Assembly: GCA_030390025.1 (NCBI GenBank)
Contig: CM059425.1
Coordinates: forward strand, 168,890,001 to 168,954,000
Source of the DNA: Squalus acanthias
Lineage: Eukaryota
Reading direction: 5' to 3'
DNA length: 64,000 nucleotides
Made by a program: the position numbers and the translations under genes. Within the stretch, counting starts at the first letter, position 1. Each line of letters opens with the position of its first letter. Of the stretch, positions 26,031 to 39,330 are shown piece after piece. The notes below the pieces were generated by a model that did no database searches, had not been told where the DNA came from, and saw nothing but the letters and a program-made list of their open reading frames with translations.

Positions 26031-28041
26031 CTGAGGTTCGATACAGGTTTAGCATAACTTCCCTACTTTTCAATTCTATCCCTCTAGAACTAAACCCTAG
26101 TGCTTGGTTTGCTTTTTTTATGGCCTTGCTAACCTGTGTCACAACTTTTAGTGATTTATGTATTTGTACTCCTATATCCCTTTGTTCCTCTACCCCACCT
26201 AGACTCTTGACCTCCCTGTTCTTCCTACCAAAATGTAGTACCTCACATTTATCTGTGTTGAACTTCATTTGCCAATTATGTGCCCATTCTGCAAGTTTAT
26301 TAATATCCTCCTCCGTATTGACTATCTCCCCCAATTTGGTGTCATCCACAAATTTAGAAATTATGTTTTTGATTCCTAAGTCTAAATCGTTAATGTAAAT
26401 TTTGAACAGCAGTGGCCCCAGCACTAATCCTTGTGGAACACCACTACCCACCTTCTGCCACTGTGAATAGCTACCCTTTACTCCTACTCTCTGCTTTCTG
26501 TCCTGAAGCCAACCAGCAATCCATTCTGTTACTTGTCCCTGACTCTGCATTCTCTGACCTTGTTCATCAGTCTGTTATGGGCTACCTTATTGAAGGCCTT
26601 TTGAAAATCCAGATAAATTACATCTACTGTATTACCATTGTCTACTCTCTCTGTTACCTCTTCAAAAAATTCAATGAGGTTGGTCAAGCAAGACTTTCCC
26701 TTTTGAAATCCATGCTGACTATTCATTATTATATTTTTGGTTTCTAGATGTTCTTCTATTTTCTCCTTTAGTAGGGATTCCATTATTTTTCCTACCACCA
26801 ATGTTAAACTGACTGGTCTATAATTCCCTGGACATGTTCTATTCCCCTTCTTAAATATCAGTATTACGTTGGCTATCCACCAGTCCTCTGGCATGACACC
26901 TTTTTCTAACGAATTATTGAATACGTGTAGTAATGCCTCTGCTATCTCTTCCCTCGATTCTTTTAAAATGTGTGAATGCAATTCATCCGGCCCTGGGGTT
27001 TTATCCTCTTTGAGTTTGATTAGTTTATTTAATATATCCCCTTTTTAAAATTTTAAATGCACTTATCTCATTATTAATCTCATAATCCAATGTCATGTCA
27101 ACTTGTTCTATCTCCCAGGTAAATACTGAAGCAAAATCATTATTTAATATTTCTGCCATCTCTCTATTGTTACCTGTGATATTATCCTGTCTATCCCTTA
27201 ATGGCCGTATTCCCATCCTAACCTTCCTTTTTTTATTGATGTGCCTATAAAATATTTTACTATTTTGTTTTATGTTCCTTGATTTAATTTCATAGTTTCT
27301 CTTTGCCTCCCTAATTGTTTTTTGACTTCTCTCCTAATCTTTTCGTATTCTCCCTCATCATGCACTCCCCTGCTGTCTATGTACTTAATGTATGCCTCTT
27401 TACTTACCCTCAACTGTTCCCTTATGGCTTTATTCATCCATGGAGTCTCATTCGTGCTTAGTTTATTCTTTCTTTTTAACGGAATATATTTTTCCTGCAC
27501 TCTGTTGAACACCGTTTTAAATGTTTCCCATTGCTTTTCTACATCGTTGTTTGCCAATATTGTTGCCCATTTTTTCCCCCCAAGTTCTATTCTCAGCCTC
27601 TCAAAATCAGCTTTTCTCCAATCTATTAACCTAGTTTTTGTCATACTTATGTCCTTCTCAATGATCATCTTAAAACGCATTATATTCTGGTCACTATTGC
27701 CTATATGTTCCCCTACATTTACTTCTCTTATCTGCTCTGGTTCATTCCCCATTACTAGATCCAATAGCGAATCCTCCCTTGTTGGGCTTTTTACATATTG
27801 GGTTAGAAGGGAGTCCTGTACAAATTGTAGGAACTCCATTCCCTTATCCCCTTTACCTACCTCTACTGTCCAATTAATATCAGGGTAGTTGAAATCCCCC
27901 ATGATTATTATTCTCTGTTTTTTGCTCATTTCCCTAATTTGTCTGCATATTTCTTCCTCCACCTCCCTTCCACTATTAGGTGGTCTGTATACTAAGCCTA
28001 TTAGTACGATTGATCCTTTATTATCTTTTATCTCTAACCAT

Positions 28042-30032
28042 ATAAGAACATAAGAAATAAGAGCAGGCGTAGGCCATACGGCCCTTCGAGCCTGCTCCGC
28101 CATTCAATAAGATCTTGGCTGATCATCGACCTCAACTCCACTTTCCCGCCCGATCTCCATATCCCTTGATTCCCCTAGAGTCCAAATATCTATCTCTCAG
28201 CCTTGAATATACTCAAAGACTCTGCATTCACAGCCCGCTAGGGCAGCGAATTCCAAAGATTCACAACCCTCTGAGTGAAGAAATTCTTCCTCCTCTCAGT
28301 CTTAAATGGCGTACCCCTTATCCTGAGACTATGCCCCCTAGCTCTAGACACTCCAGCCAGGGGAAACAACCTCTTGGCATCTACCCCATCAATCCCCTTC
28401 AGAATCTTGTATGTTTCAATGAGATCACCTCTCATTCTTCTAAACTCCAGAGAGTATAGGCCCATTCTGCACAATCTCTCATCCCAGGAATCAATCTATT
28501 GAACCTTCATTGCACTGCCTCCAAGGCAAGAATATCCTTCCTTAGATAAGGAGACCAGAACTGTGCACAGTACTCCAGGTGTAGCAAGACTTCCAACCCC
28601 CTTTTCAATAAAGGCCAACATGCCATTTGCCTTCCTTATTGCTTGCTGTACCTGCATGCTAGCTTTCTGTGTTTCTTGCACGAGGACACCCAAATCTCTC
28701 TGAACATCAACATTTGAAAGTTTCTCACCATTTAAAAAATATTCTGTTTTTCTATTCTTCCTACCAAAGTGAATAACCTCACATTTCCCTACATTATACT
28801 CCATCTGCCACCTTAGTGCCCACTCATTTAGTCTATCTATATCCCTGTGCAGCCTCTTTGTGTTCTCCTCACAGCTTACTGTCCCACCTAGCTTTGTATC
28901 ATGAGCAAACTTGGATACATTACACTTGGTCCCTTTATCTAGGTCATTAATATGGATTGTAAATAGCTGAGGCCCCAACACTGATCCTTGCGGCACCCCA
29001 CTAGTTACAGCCTGCCAACCTGAAAAAGATCCGTTTATCCCTACTCTCTGTTTTCTGTCCGTTAACCAATCCTCTATCCATGCTATTATATTACCCCCAG
29101 CCCCTTGAGCCCTAATCTTGTGTAATAACCTTTTATGTGGCACCTTATCGAATGCCTTTTGGAAATCCAAATACACTACATCCACTGGTTCCCCTATATC
29201 TAACCTGCTAGTTACATCCTCAAAAAACTCTTAATAAATTTGTCAAACACGATTTCCCTTTCATAAAACCATGTTGACTCTGCCTAATCATGTTATGATT
29301 TTCTGAGTGACTTGATACCACTTCCTTAACAATGGATTCCAGCATTTTCCTGACGACTGATGTCAGGCTAACTGGCCTGTAGTTCCGTGTTTTTTTTCTC
29401 TCCCTCCTTTCTTGAATAGCGGTGTTACATTTGCGACCTTCCAATCCAGCTGGGATCATTCCAGAATCGAGGGAATTTTGGAAGATCAGAACCAATGCTT
29501 CCACTATCTCTTCAGCCACCTCTTTTAGAACCCTCGGATGTAAGCTGTCAGGTCCAGGGGATTTGTCGGCTTTTAGTCCCATTAGTTTCTCTAGTACTTT
29601 TTCTCTACTTATATTAATTACGTTAAGTTCCTCACCCTCATTAGACCCTGTTTCCCCACCATTTTTGGTATGCTTTTTGTGTCTTCTACTGTGAAGACAG
29701 ATACAAAATATTTGTTTAACATTTCTGCCATTTCCTTATTCCCCATAATAATTTCTCCTGTCTCAGCCTCTAAGGGACCAATGTTTACTTCTGCTACTCT
29801 TTTCCTTTTTACATACATGTAGAAACACTGACAATCTGCTTTTATATTTCTTGCTAGTTTTCTCTCATTCTATTTTTTCCCCTTTTTATCAATTTTTTGG
29901 TCAACCTTTGCTGGTTTCTGAAACTCTCCCAATCCTGAAGCTTACTACTATTCTTTGCAACATTATAAGCTTCTTTCAATCTAATGCTATCCTTAACTGC
30001 TTTAGTTAGCCACGGTTGGATCACTTTTCCCG
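28042..30032 (-). mobile_element. CR1 LINE 'c', 5'-truncated, RT and 3' end
   Basis: ORFs YLDFQKAFDKVPH, GVPQGSVLGPQLF, FAHDTKLGG; tail ATAAGAACATAAGAAATA. Confidence 0.85.
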
Positions 30033-30205
30033 TGGATTCTCTCTTTGTCTTGCTGATATCTGCTTCACTTTTTTCTACTGCCATTATGTTATCCCTAATA
30101 AGTACCACCTGACGTGACAATCTCAGCCTTTGGATGCACTGCTCTTCTGAGAGGTCAAGGAAGCTGAGCCTCCGTACACCCAGTTGCGTGGGTCGTGTCT
30201 CCTAC

Positions 30206-32178
30206 GAACTCGACCCCTCTGCAAACCTGAGGATTGGGAGCAGTTTAGGATTCAGCAAAGGAGGACAAAGGGATTAATTAAAAGGGGGAAAATAGAATAT
30301 GAGAGTAAGTTTTCAGGGAACATAATTGACTGTAAAAGCTTCTATAGATATGTGAAGAGAAAAAGATTGGTGAAGTCAAGCGTAGGTCCCTTGCAGTCAG
30401 AATCAGGGGAATTTATAATGGGGAACAAAGAAATGGCAGACCAATTAAATACATACTTTGGTTCTGTCTTCACAAAGGAGGACACAAATAACCTCACAGA
30501 GATGTCAGGGAACATAGGGTCTAATGAGAGGGAGGAATTGAATGAAATCAGTATTTGTAGGGAAATGGTGTTAGGGAAATTGACGGGATTGAAAGCCGAT
30601 AAATCCCCAGGGCCTGATAATCTACATCCTCGGGTACTTAAGGAAGTGGCCCTAGAAATAGTAGATGCATTGCTGGTCATCTTCCAAAATTCAGTAGACT
30701 CTGGAACAGTTCCCATGGATTGGAGGGCAGCTAATGTAACCCCACTATTTAAAAAAGGTGGTAGAGAGAAAACGGGGAATTATAGACCGGTAAGCCTGAC
30801 ATCGGTAGTGGGGAAAATGCTAGAGTCCATTATAAAAGATGTAATAGCAGAGCACTTGGAAAACAGTGACAGGATTGGACAAAGTCAACATGGATTTACA
30901 AAAGGTAAATCATGCTTGACTAATCTACTGGAATTTTTTGAGGATGTAACTGGTAGAATAGATAAGGGAGAACCAGTGGATGTGGTTTATTTGGACTTTC
31001 AGAAGGCTTTCGATAAGGTCCCGCATAAGAGATTAGCGTGCAATGTTAAAGCACATGGAATTGGGGGTAAGGTACTGACTTGGATAGAGAACTGGTTGGC
31101 AGACAGAAAGCAAAGAGTTGGAATAAATGTGTCTTTTTCCGAATGGCAGGCAGTGACTAGTGGGGTACCGCAGGGATCGGTGCTGGGACCCCAGCTATTC
31201 ACAATATATATTAATGATCTAGACGAGGGAACTCGATGTAATATCTCCAAGTTTGCAGACGACACAAAGCTAGGTGGGCGTGTGTGCTGTGAGGAGGATG
31301 CAGAGAAACTCCAGTATGATTTGGACAGGTTGGGTGATTGGGCAGATGCATGGCAGATGCAGTATAATGTGGATAAATGCAAGGTTATCCACTTTGGTGG
31401 CAAAAAGAGGAAGACAGATTATTATCTGAATGGCAATAGATTGGGAAAAGGGGAAGTGCAACGAGACCTGGGTGTCCTTGTGCACCAGTCGCTGAAGGTA
31501 AGCATGCAGGTGCAGCAGGCGGTTAAGAAGGCAAATGGTATGTTGACCTTCATAGTGAGAGGATTCGAGTACAGGAGCAAGGATGTCTTGCTGCAGTTGT
31601 ACAGGGCCTTGGTGAGACCACACCTTGAGTATTGTGTGCAGTTTTGATCACCTTATCTGAGGAAGGATGTTCTTGCCATGGAGGGAGTGCAGCGAAGATT
31701 CACCAGACTGATACCCGGGATGGCAGGAATGACGTGTGAAGAGAGATTGGGTCGATTAGGCTTATATTCGCTAGAGTTTAGAAGAATGAGAGGGGATCTC
31801 ATTGAAACTTGTAAAATTCTAACAGGACTAGACAGACTAGATGCAGGAAGGATGTTCCCGATGGCGGGGGAGTCCAGAACCAGGGGTCACAGTCTAAGGA
31901 TAAGGGGTAAGCCATTTAGGACTGAGATGAGGAGGAATTTCTTCACCCAGAGAGTGGTGAACCTGTGACATTTTCTACCACAGAAGGCAGTTGAGGCCAA
32001 TTCATTAAATATATTCAAGAAGGAGTTAGATATATTTCTTAAGGCTAAAGGTATCAAGGGATATGGGGAGAAAGCAGGGACAGGGTACTGAATTTGGATG
32101 ATCAGCTATGATCTCATTAAATGGCGGAACAGGCTCGAGGGGCTGAATGGCCTACTCCTGCTCCTATCTTCTATGTTA
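30206..32178 (+). mobile_element. CR1 LINE 'd', 5'-truncated, RT and 3' end
   Basis: 487-aa ORF 30184..31647 with YLDFQKAFD, GVPQGSVLGP, FADD; typical CR1 3' UTR (GGCCTACTCCTGCTCCTA). Confidence 0.9.
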
Positions 32179-32984
32179 CTCCCCTCTCTGTTGTCCACCT
32201 GCAGCTACCTTCACAGCACACCCTTGCTGCTGTGGATGCTGATTGTCATCTGAAGTCCAATCTAAAGCAGCCATGTCACCACCAGTCCTGATGTTCTCTG
32301 TGTTAACACCCCCAAACTGTACACATCAGTCTCTCACACCAAGTACTCTCTCCAAACCATTTCCCAGAGGGAACTGAGAAAGCAGCTGTGAGCACTGAGT
32401 CTTTATTCATATCTGGACTCTTGATCTTTAACCATCTCGCCTCCGTTTCACTGAGGAGCGTTCATTTCAAATTGCTGCCAAAATCTCAGGAAAGGAGCCT
32501 CATTTAAATATTATAATGACAGACCTGCCTCTCCAGAGTGGGTTACTCGGACGTCCCAATATCCACCAAAGTGGGGGTATCTAGAACTAGGGCATAGATG
32601 CAGAATTAGGGGTCGCCCATTTAAGACGGAGATGAGGATGAATTTCTTCTGAGGGTCGTGGAGGCGGAGTCATTGAATATATTCAAGGCGGGGATTGACA
32701 GACATTTGAACTACAAGGGAGTCAAGGGGTATGGGGAGAGAGCAGGAAAAGTGGTGTTGAGACCAAGATTGGATCAGCCATGGTCTTATTGAATGGTGGA
32801 GCAGGCTCGAGGGGCCGATTGGCCTACACCTGCTCCTGTTTCTTATGTTCTTATAAAAGAGAATTCCTCCCAGTGTGTATGTGGAAAAAGATATAACCTG
32901 TCATGTGATAGATGCATTAGTATTTGAACAAAAATGTGTTTAATGCTCTTTGACTGTTATTTCTCTTTTCTTCTCCCTGTTTAG

Positions 32985-33060
32985 ATTTTTTGAACTCTTT
33001 GAAAAATATAGTGGATACAAAGCAGGAAAAATAAAGCTAAAGAAGCCAATGCAACTACAG
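32985..33060 (+). CDS. PPIP5K2: PPIP5K2 coding exon (FFELFEKYSGYKAGKIKLKKPMQLQ) with a GC donor
   Basis: Polypyrimidine tract plus ttag acceptor; ends CAG|GCAAGT; phase matches the next exon. Confidence 0.92.
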
Positions 33061-35114
33061 GCAAGTTTTTACTTCCTAACTTTGTCGTAAAATTTAAAAT
33101 ATACCAATCATAGTGCATCGACATTAGGTCTTTCACAAATGTTAAAGAGCTGCATTAGTGACATTGAGGTGAAGAAGCAACCTTCCCAGAATATTTAACT
33201 TCAGACGTGCAGCACTTACCATGCTCTGTTCCACATGCAGGCCACCTTTCACTACTTCACAACTACCTTGCACTATATGCTGATAAACCATCCAGCCTTT
33301 GCAACTATGCCTTCAAGGTCCAGCACTCAGCAGCAAACAATAGTGCCACTTGGACATTAGCCTCATGCACTTTATTTTGCACATCACATGTGTATTTCCT
33401 TCTCCAGAGCGATTCCATAATCTGTCAAGTCATTTCCAGCCAGAATTTCTCTTTGGCTCCTTCTTGCATCCCTTTTTCCTGGTTTAAAAGTTCCAAGCTG
33501 TGCCAACTGATATACCAAAATAAAAATGAGCCTCTTAAGTTCAGCTGAGGTTGTTAATGCTGATTTTTATAAATACTAGCAGATCTCCTGTTGTGTTGCC
33601 CATAGTGAATCAAAGGTTTTAAAGGAACCGAGGTATTATGTGAACCATTATTACCGGGGACACTGACTTATCAGCATAGTGGGGTGGCCTTGCGATCTAG
33701 CAGCTTTGCAGTTGGCTCCCAGGATTTTGGAGCACGGGGCGGGGGCTCCCAGGGTTCAAGAAGCACTGGACAGGAGGTTCAAGGAACATTGGGGCATATC
33801 CTGGGGTCTGGGGCCATTGGGGATGGAGTTCTCAACGTCTGGGAGAATATGGGGTGGTTGTAGGGGATTGTGAACTCAAAAGGTTGTAGGATTGAGGAAT
33901 GGGGGAAGGAGACCTTGAGTTTCAGCAGGATGTGGGAAGGAGCTTTGGACTATTGTGGTTGCTGGGATCTGTCAGTACTAGGGATAGCTAAACACCCTTG
34001 TAGGGACAGGAGGGGAACCTAGGGTAATGAGACCCAAATGACTGTTAGCCCATTTTGAGCCATCAGACCCTCCTCTCTTTTTGCATCGTCAGCTATTTTT
34101 ATGTTCTTGATTTCAAGCATTTAAGTGAAAAATTTATTCTTGTTAAAATTATGGATAGAAAATCATGGGTTAGGGTGTGCAATTTCCTGATATGTACTCG
34201 TGCCATGCACCAGGAATGAGGAACTGGAAAATTTAATGCACTGTTAATGAGTTTGCTGATTTATACAGTCTTTAATAAACATATTTTTAAAACCAATATT
34301 ACCCTATAAAACACTCAGTTAATAATTTATGCAGTTTGAGTTATTTTATATCTTTAAAAAAGCATTAAGCCATAAAGATGGTTTAAGCGAGATTTGCTTT
34401 TTTAGTTCATCTCTTTTTTTTAACCAGCAACAAAAAAAACACCAACAGCTGTCACTATAACTACTCTCATAAGCTGCTTTTTTTCTAAGTTCATAACATA
34501 AAAGTATAATTGTAATACATTTATATAAATTCATCACTTGCCTGATATAAAAGCTTTGTGAATTCATTCTCCAACTTCTTTCAAAGTCTTTTGGGAAAAG
34601 CAAAGAAGTTCACATGTTCCCAGGATGATGCGACACACCCTTCTACCTTTCAAACCCTGTTGATGCACAGACTTCATGCTGGGATATTCTGAATACTGCA
34701 CGTGCTCAGAATGTGGTTCACAGCGCTCTCTCTCTCAACTGTTGTGGGGTAAAATATAACCAGTTTTGAGACAGCCTGAGGTCTTCAAGTTAAAAGCTTT
34801 ATTGAAGGCATTAAAAAACACAAAAGACAAACTTGGTGGATAAACCTATAATACGGAATTTAAAAAAAATAATAATTTTGTTTAAAACCACTATCTGGTG
34901 GCCAGAGCATGGAACTGTAGTCATAGGCTGTCACATTAATGGGAAAATCCTACTAAAAATGTAATGGAGCAAGTGTGGTCAAAATTAATTTTGGAAAAAC
35001 ACAAGTATGATTATTGAATGGAGAGATGACAAATATATATAAATAAATAATCTTTTGTGAGTGTGAGCTAGAATTTGAAGGCAGTTCTAAAATATTTTTC
35101 CACTGACCTTTCAG

Positions 35115-35224
35115 GAAGTCTTGGATATTGCAAGGCATCTTTTGGCAGAACTGGGCCAGAATAATGACTCCGAAATAGAAGAAAGTAAATCAAAACTTGA
35201 ACAACTGAAAACAGTGCTTGAGAT
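35115..35224 (+). CDS. PPIP5K2: PPIP5K2 coding exon ([37 protein letters not shown])
   Basis: tttcag acceptor, GTGAGT donor. Confidence 0.94.
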
Positions 35225-35861
35225 GTGAGTACTAGCGTCACAGAAATCCTACTCTTTGATAAGTGATAATACCCATTTGTTTATATAAAAAATGCTCGAA
35301 AGAATATGATTTATTTAATGTCATTGGCCCGGATTTTGCGTGGGGAATAACTGTGAGGCTAATGGTGTTCGCTATTATTACGGAGATAAGCGACTTCCGG
35401 TGTCCCCACAAGCGCATTTAAACATGGAAATCTGGAAGTTGCTGTCAGAGATACCCCACTCCTCCACAGGGTGCGCTGTAACAGTCCTCGCCGATAGACT
35501 TTGCATTGAAAGACATGCAGTGGCATGAAATTGGGGTACTTGCCCACTAGTTCCCCACTAATGATGCCAGAAAAAGTTAGGGCTGCTGCATTCAGGAGTA
35601 AGGTCATTTTTAACAGCGTGATAATTGATAATTACTGCCAAATAATCTCGCTGGCCCTGAAAATTTAATTTTACAAGTGTGGAGTCTCATTTCTCCAGGA
35701 AAAACTTGAAGAAAGTTAAATAGATCCAGGTCTCGCTCCCTGTACACAGGGATTTATAAAAATTTAAGTGTAATTCTTAATCCCATCTGTCCATCCCAAT
35801 CTTTATTTCGCTTTCTGTACATGATTTAAATCTAATTTATGCTTCCTGGTTTAGACTCTGC

Positions 35862-38287
35862 GGGGGCTAAATTGGATAGCCCCTGAAAATGGGCGCTGGG
35901 ATCGTGATGCACGAATATTTTAAATGCAGGCAGCATGCCATCTTCGTGCCGCCTGCTCATTAGCATGATTTCTGCGTGCAGCCAGTGCTAACCGCTCTCT
36001 TCGCTGCCTGCACGAATCAACAGTGGGCCCAGAATCCTAACTTCCTAGCACTGCTTAAAGCTAGCCTGCACCTCTTAAAGGGGAGGTGCATTGTGGCTGG
36101 AGCAGGTGCTGGGAGTCATGCAGGAAGTGAATCTGACCTGGGAAGTGAAGAATGGCACAACATGGGAGAGAGTGGGCTCCAAGGTTTTCCAACATTCCAC
36201 TGGAGATCTTGGTAGAGAAGATGGAAAGGAGGAGAGATGTCCTGTATTTGCAAGGTGCCAGGAAACCCTCCAGACATGGTCAAAATGCATTGGGAGCAGA
36301 TAACCGTGGAGGTCAATACCAGGAGTCTAGGCCCGAGGACCTGGATGCAGTGGCGCAAGAATTTCACTGACCTCACACGAGTGGTCAAGGTAGGTGAATG
36401 CATCTTCAAATGCCATATCCCACAAACTGCACCACTACCCTCAGTCACTCCTCAATTCACCACATCCCCATCACTCACTGACCAACAATCTCTATCAGTC
36501 AGGATTCATTCCTAACATTCGTAAGCTCCACTGCACCCTCACGCACTTAGCACTGCTGCAAGCCTCACACCCACATCTCATTGCTTGCACACACTATCCG
36601 CTATTCAACCATGACAGTCACATCACCCGAACAGATTCCACGACACTCACTGACACACTTCCCTCTTTCTTGCAGGACAAGGTGGCGCACAACGGAGGCA
36701 GCAGGAACTAACCGAAGGGGGCTAGGCGCGCCTGCATGTCCTAGCCCCTATGGAGGAGACGGTGCTGACCATTATTGGAATGGCTATTGCTGAGGCCGTG
36801 GCTGGCAGCGGGGTTGACACCATTGAAGATGACGGTATCCTCTACCCAATCCTCCTTCTCACATCCCACTTCCTCCTCATCCCAAAATCTCTTCTGATTT
36901 ACAAGCTGTAGATGGTGCAAGCATACACCTCTCACTTCCACCTTACCACAACCTTACCCTTGTGCCTTTTACCTTTCAGGCATCCAAGAACTGCAACCTG
37001 GCCAGGCAGTGGAGAAATACAAAGAAGACAGTGATGATGAGGACACACCGTCACTTGATTTCACACTCGCGGTCACCAGCTCAGATACTGACACTGCGCG
37101 TATCTTGGAGGATAGATTAGAAGCGGGATCTGCACGTGGTGAGACACCGGGTATGAGTGTGCTGCAGTCAGAGCAGGGGGCAAGGATAGAGCAGGTGCCA
37201 GCTCGCGAGATTGCACACGAGTTCTGCTGCAGAGGACACAGATGAGGACTTCGATGGGGCAAGCTACAGAAGAAGGCTGATGGGCATACACAAAATTCTT
37301 GGTGCATTGAGAAGCCTACCAGAAAGCCTGCGCTCAATGTCAAGGAGCATGGAGGACTCCGGCACCAACTTGGAACAGGACTTTGTGCATAGCTTGGAGC
37401 CCATCCTTTCCAGCATGGAAGTGGTGGCCAACTTTGAGCACACTTGTGGACCCAACCATGATGCAGCGTCTGATGACCGATGTCTCAGCTTCCATTGCAG
37501 CACAAGCAGCTTCCACCCAAAGTCTGAGTGCGGCATTGGAAACTCAGACTGCTGCCATCATGCCTCTGGAGTGTGCAAAGGGGCTCCCAGGGCATCACAG
37601 CACTCCTGCAATCTGTTCTCCAACAGTTCTGCTCCCTAAAGACCCTCTGCAGATATGGCCTCCTGCTGAGAGCCCTTCTCCTGCTCGCTCTTCCAGTAGT
37701 TTGTTCTACTCTGCATGGTCTCTGCTCATTCTCCCAGTCATGATCAATGTCAAGAGGGAGCCCTACTAGGCCACTCATGTCTGGGAGTGACTGGTTTGAG
37801 CAGAAGCCTTAAAGTCAGGAAAATGTCCTTCAGTACATGCCGCACCACTCCCTGTAGACTTTGCAACTTGAAACAACTATGGAAAAGAAAGCACCAAACA
37901 CTTGTAGAATTGTACCAACAGACAGGAAAAAATCAACCAGCAACTAACCTGTAAGTAGTTGATGATCTGTTTCAGTAGCGCTGGTGGGGGGTCCTTCATG
38001 CTGCTTAACGAGTATTCAGCTGTGCGTGATTAAGAGAGGGCGTTGTTTGGAGCGTGGAGCTCCAAAATGACAGCGCTGGCGTCAATTCAGCGTTGCACGC
38101 TGATTGACGTCATGATCTGCCTGCTCTGCATACTTGCGGCGGACGTTAGTTGCGCGCATGCTAAGGCCTTCGCCAATTTGGTGTCTGGCGTAATTAACGG
38201 CATAAGAGTGCGCGGATGTCATTTTGGTCCCCAAAAGGCACCCGTAGCGCCCAAACAGCGGGCGCTACGAAGCCCAATTTTGCACCC
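35862..38287. mobile_element. Internally deleted PIF/Harbinger element (Myb gene plus transposase N-terminal stub)
   Basis: TIR GGGGGCTAAATTGG / CCAATTTTGCACCC (12/14) and perfect 3-bp TSD TGC (35859-61 and 38288-90). Confidence 0.85.
36152..37630 (+). pseudogene. Harbinger Myb/SANT-like gene, 3 exons (~36152-36389, 36676-36834, 36980-37630), frameshifted
   Basis: MAQHGREWAPRFSNIPLEILVEKMERRRDVLY; WEQITVEVNTRSLGPRTWMQWRKNFTDL; AAG|GTAGGT and TTGCAG|GACAAG splice sites. Confidence 0.8.
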
Positions 38288-39330
38288 TGCGTGTCTCTGT
38301 GAAGATTCTGGTTGAAGAGCCTCGCTGTTTCTGGCCCTGCTCACAAGTGCCACAGATGTCTTATAGAGGGCGCCGTGCTGGTTCAGACACAGGATTAGAG
38401 CAAGCTTCCACTCAAAAGCCCGCAAAAACTTTGTGGGCAGTTGTCAGCGAGTAGAACGGCAAGTGCTGTTCCTTCGCCGCTGACCACAAAATCCGGGCTA
38501 ATATCTATAGTACTGTGCTGTCTGATAAACAATGAACTCTTTCTGTGGTGGTTATAAAATGTTTGTTTTTCCCAATCATATAATTTATAGTACTGTCAGT
38601 TGGAGTCTTTGAATTGTTACATGAGGTTTTTAGTGTTCCATTTCACTGGATTGAAAGCTGACCCCAATGTCAGGGTAAGCAATCAACTTTAGAATAGCCC
38701 TAAACTTCTGCCCCTCGTGTCATCATCAAGCACTCTCACTTCAGGGATAACATGGCCATTGCACAGTTTTAAGATTCCCCAACACCAAGCCTCTGTCCCA
38801 ATCTCATATCAACCCCTCCTACAGCACTAGTGTGACACTTCTGCATTTCTCTCTCACTAGCCATCCTATGGCTTCTCTGTGATATTGCCAACAAATTTGC
38901 CCACTAAGGATAAGATTGTCCAAAGTAATTTCATGTAGGACCCTTACAGTCAGCAAATAGGAGACTTTCGTCTCATCAGTCTGGGCTGAATTTGAACCCA
39001 CAAGTGAAAGGACAGTTTCTAAGCCATTACACCATCCAGTCCCGTGTCCTAGAATTTAAACATTGAACTGTACACATTGTCTTAATTAGATGGCTATAGG
39101 ATCATTCTAAACATAATTATTCTACCAGTAGCCAATATGTTATGTGCTTAAAAATCTTGCTTCTGGTGTGCAGTTGAAGTGTCACACACACAAATTTTGT
39201 GTCATATTTATAAAAAGGCAATACATTACAGTTAACTGAACAATGCTGATTGTCTCAAATATGAACTGACAGGTAAGAAAGCCATCAATGAAGAACTAGC
39301 GAACAGCAAAGAAAGTTAACTGGCAAGTAG

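Larger units (their letters stand above)
22063..30103 (-). mobile_element. CR1 LINE 'a' (3' end, RT, EN) in pieces 22063-22629, ~26033-28041 and ~30033-30103
   Basis: Reading is continuous across the junctions: ...GTGTGGTCCAACCAAGG|TTCGATACAGG... and VVLIRDNI...KRES|IWLEIKDNKG. Confidence 0.75.
19620..32590. mobile_element. Fragmented PIF/Harbinger element split by a SINE and nested CR1s; ends approximate
   Basis: Myb C-terminal-like region on + (~19680-20450). Transposase on - in four pieces: 20662-21535 (IEQAFSMLKMRFRCLD, RFPGIYHDAFILRQS, GWLLSDQGYP), ~21997-22062 (DLLPNGPGGHAVPVAVK), ~30104-30205 (LSFLDLSEEQCIQRLRLSRQVV), ~32180-32275 (likely N-terminus). Confidence 0.75.
35326..38499. 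mobile_element. Non-autonomous Harbinger-like TIR element (MITE-like) hosting a nested Harbinger
   Basis: TIR GGCCCGGATTTTG / CAAAATCCGGGCT; a related end starts at 63427. Confidence 0.65.

Noticed and set aside
27322..27888. Hydrophobic antisense ORFs over LINEs (also 25973, 30999, 52103)
   Set aside because: Shadow ORFs on the opposite strand of A-rich CR1 coding sequence.
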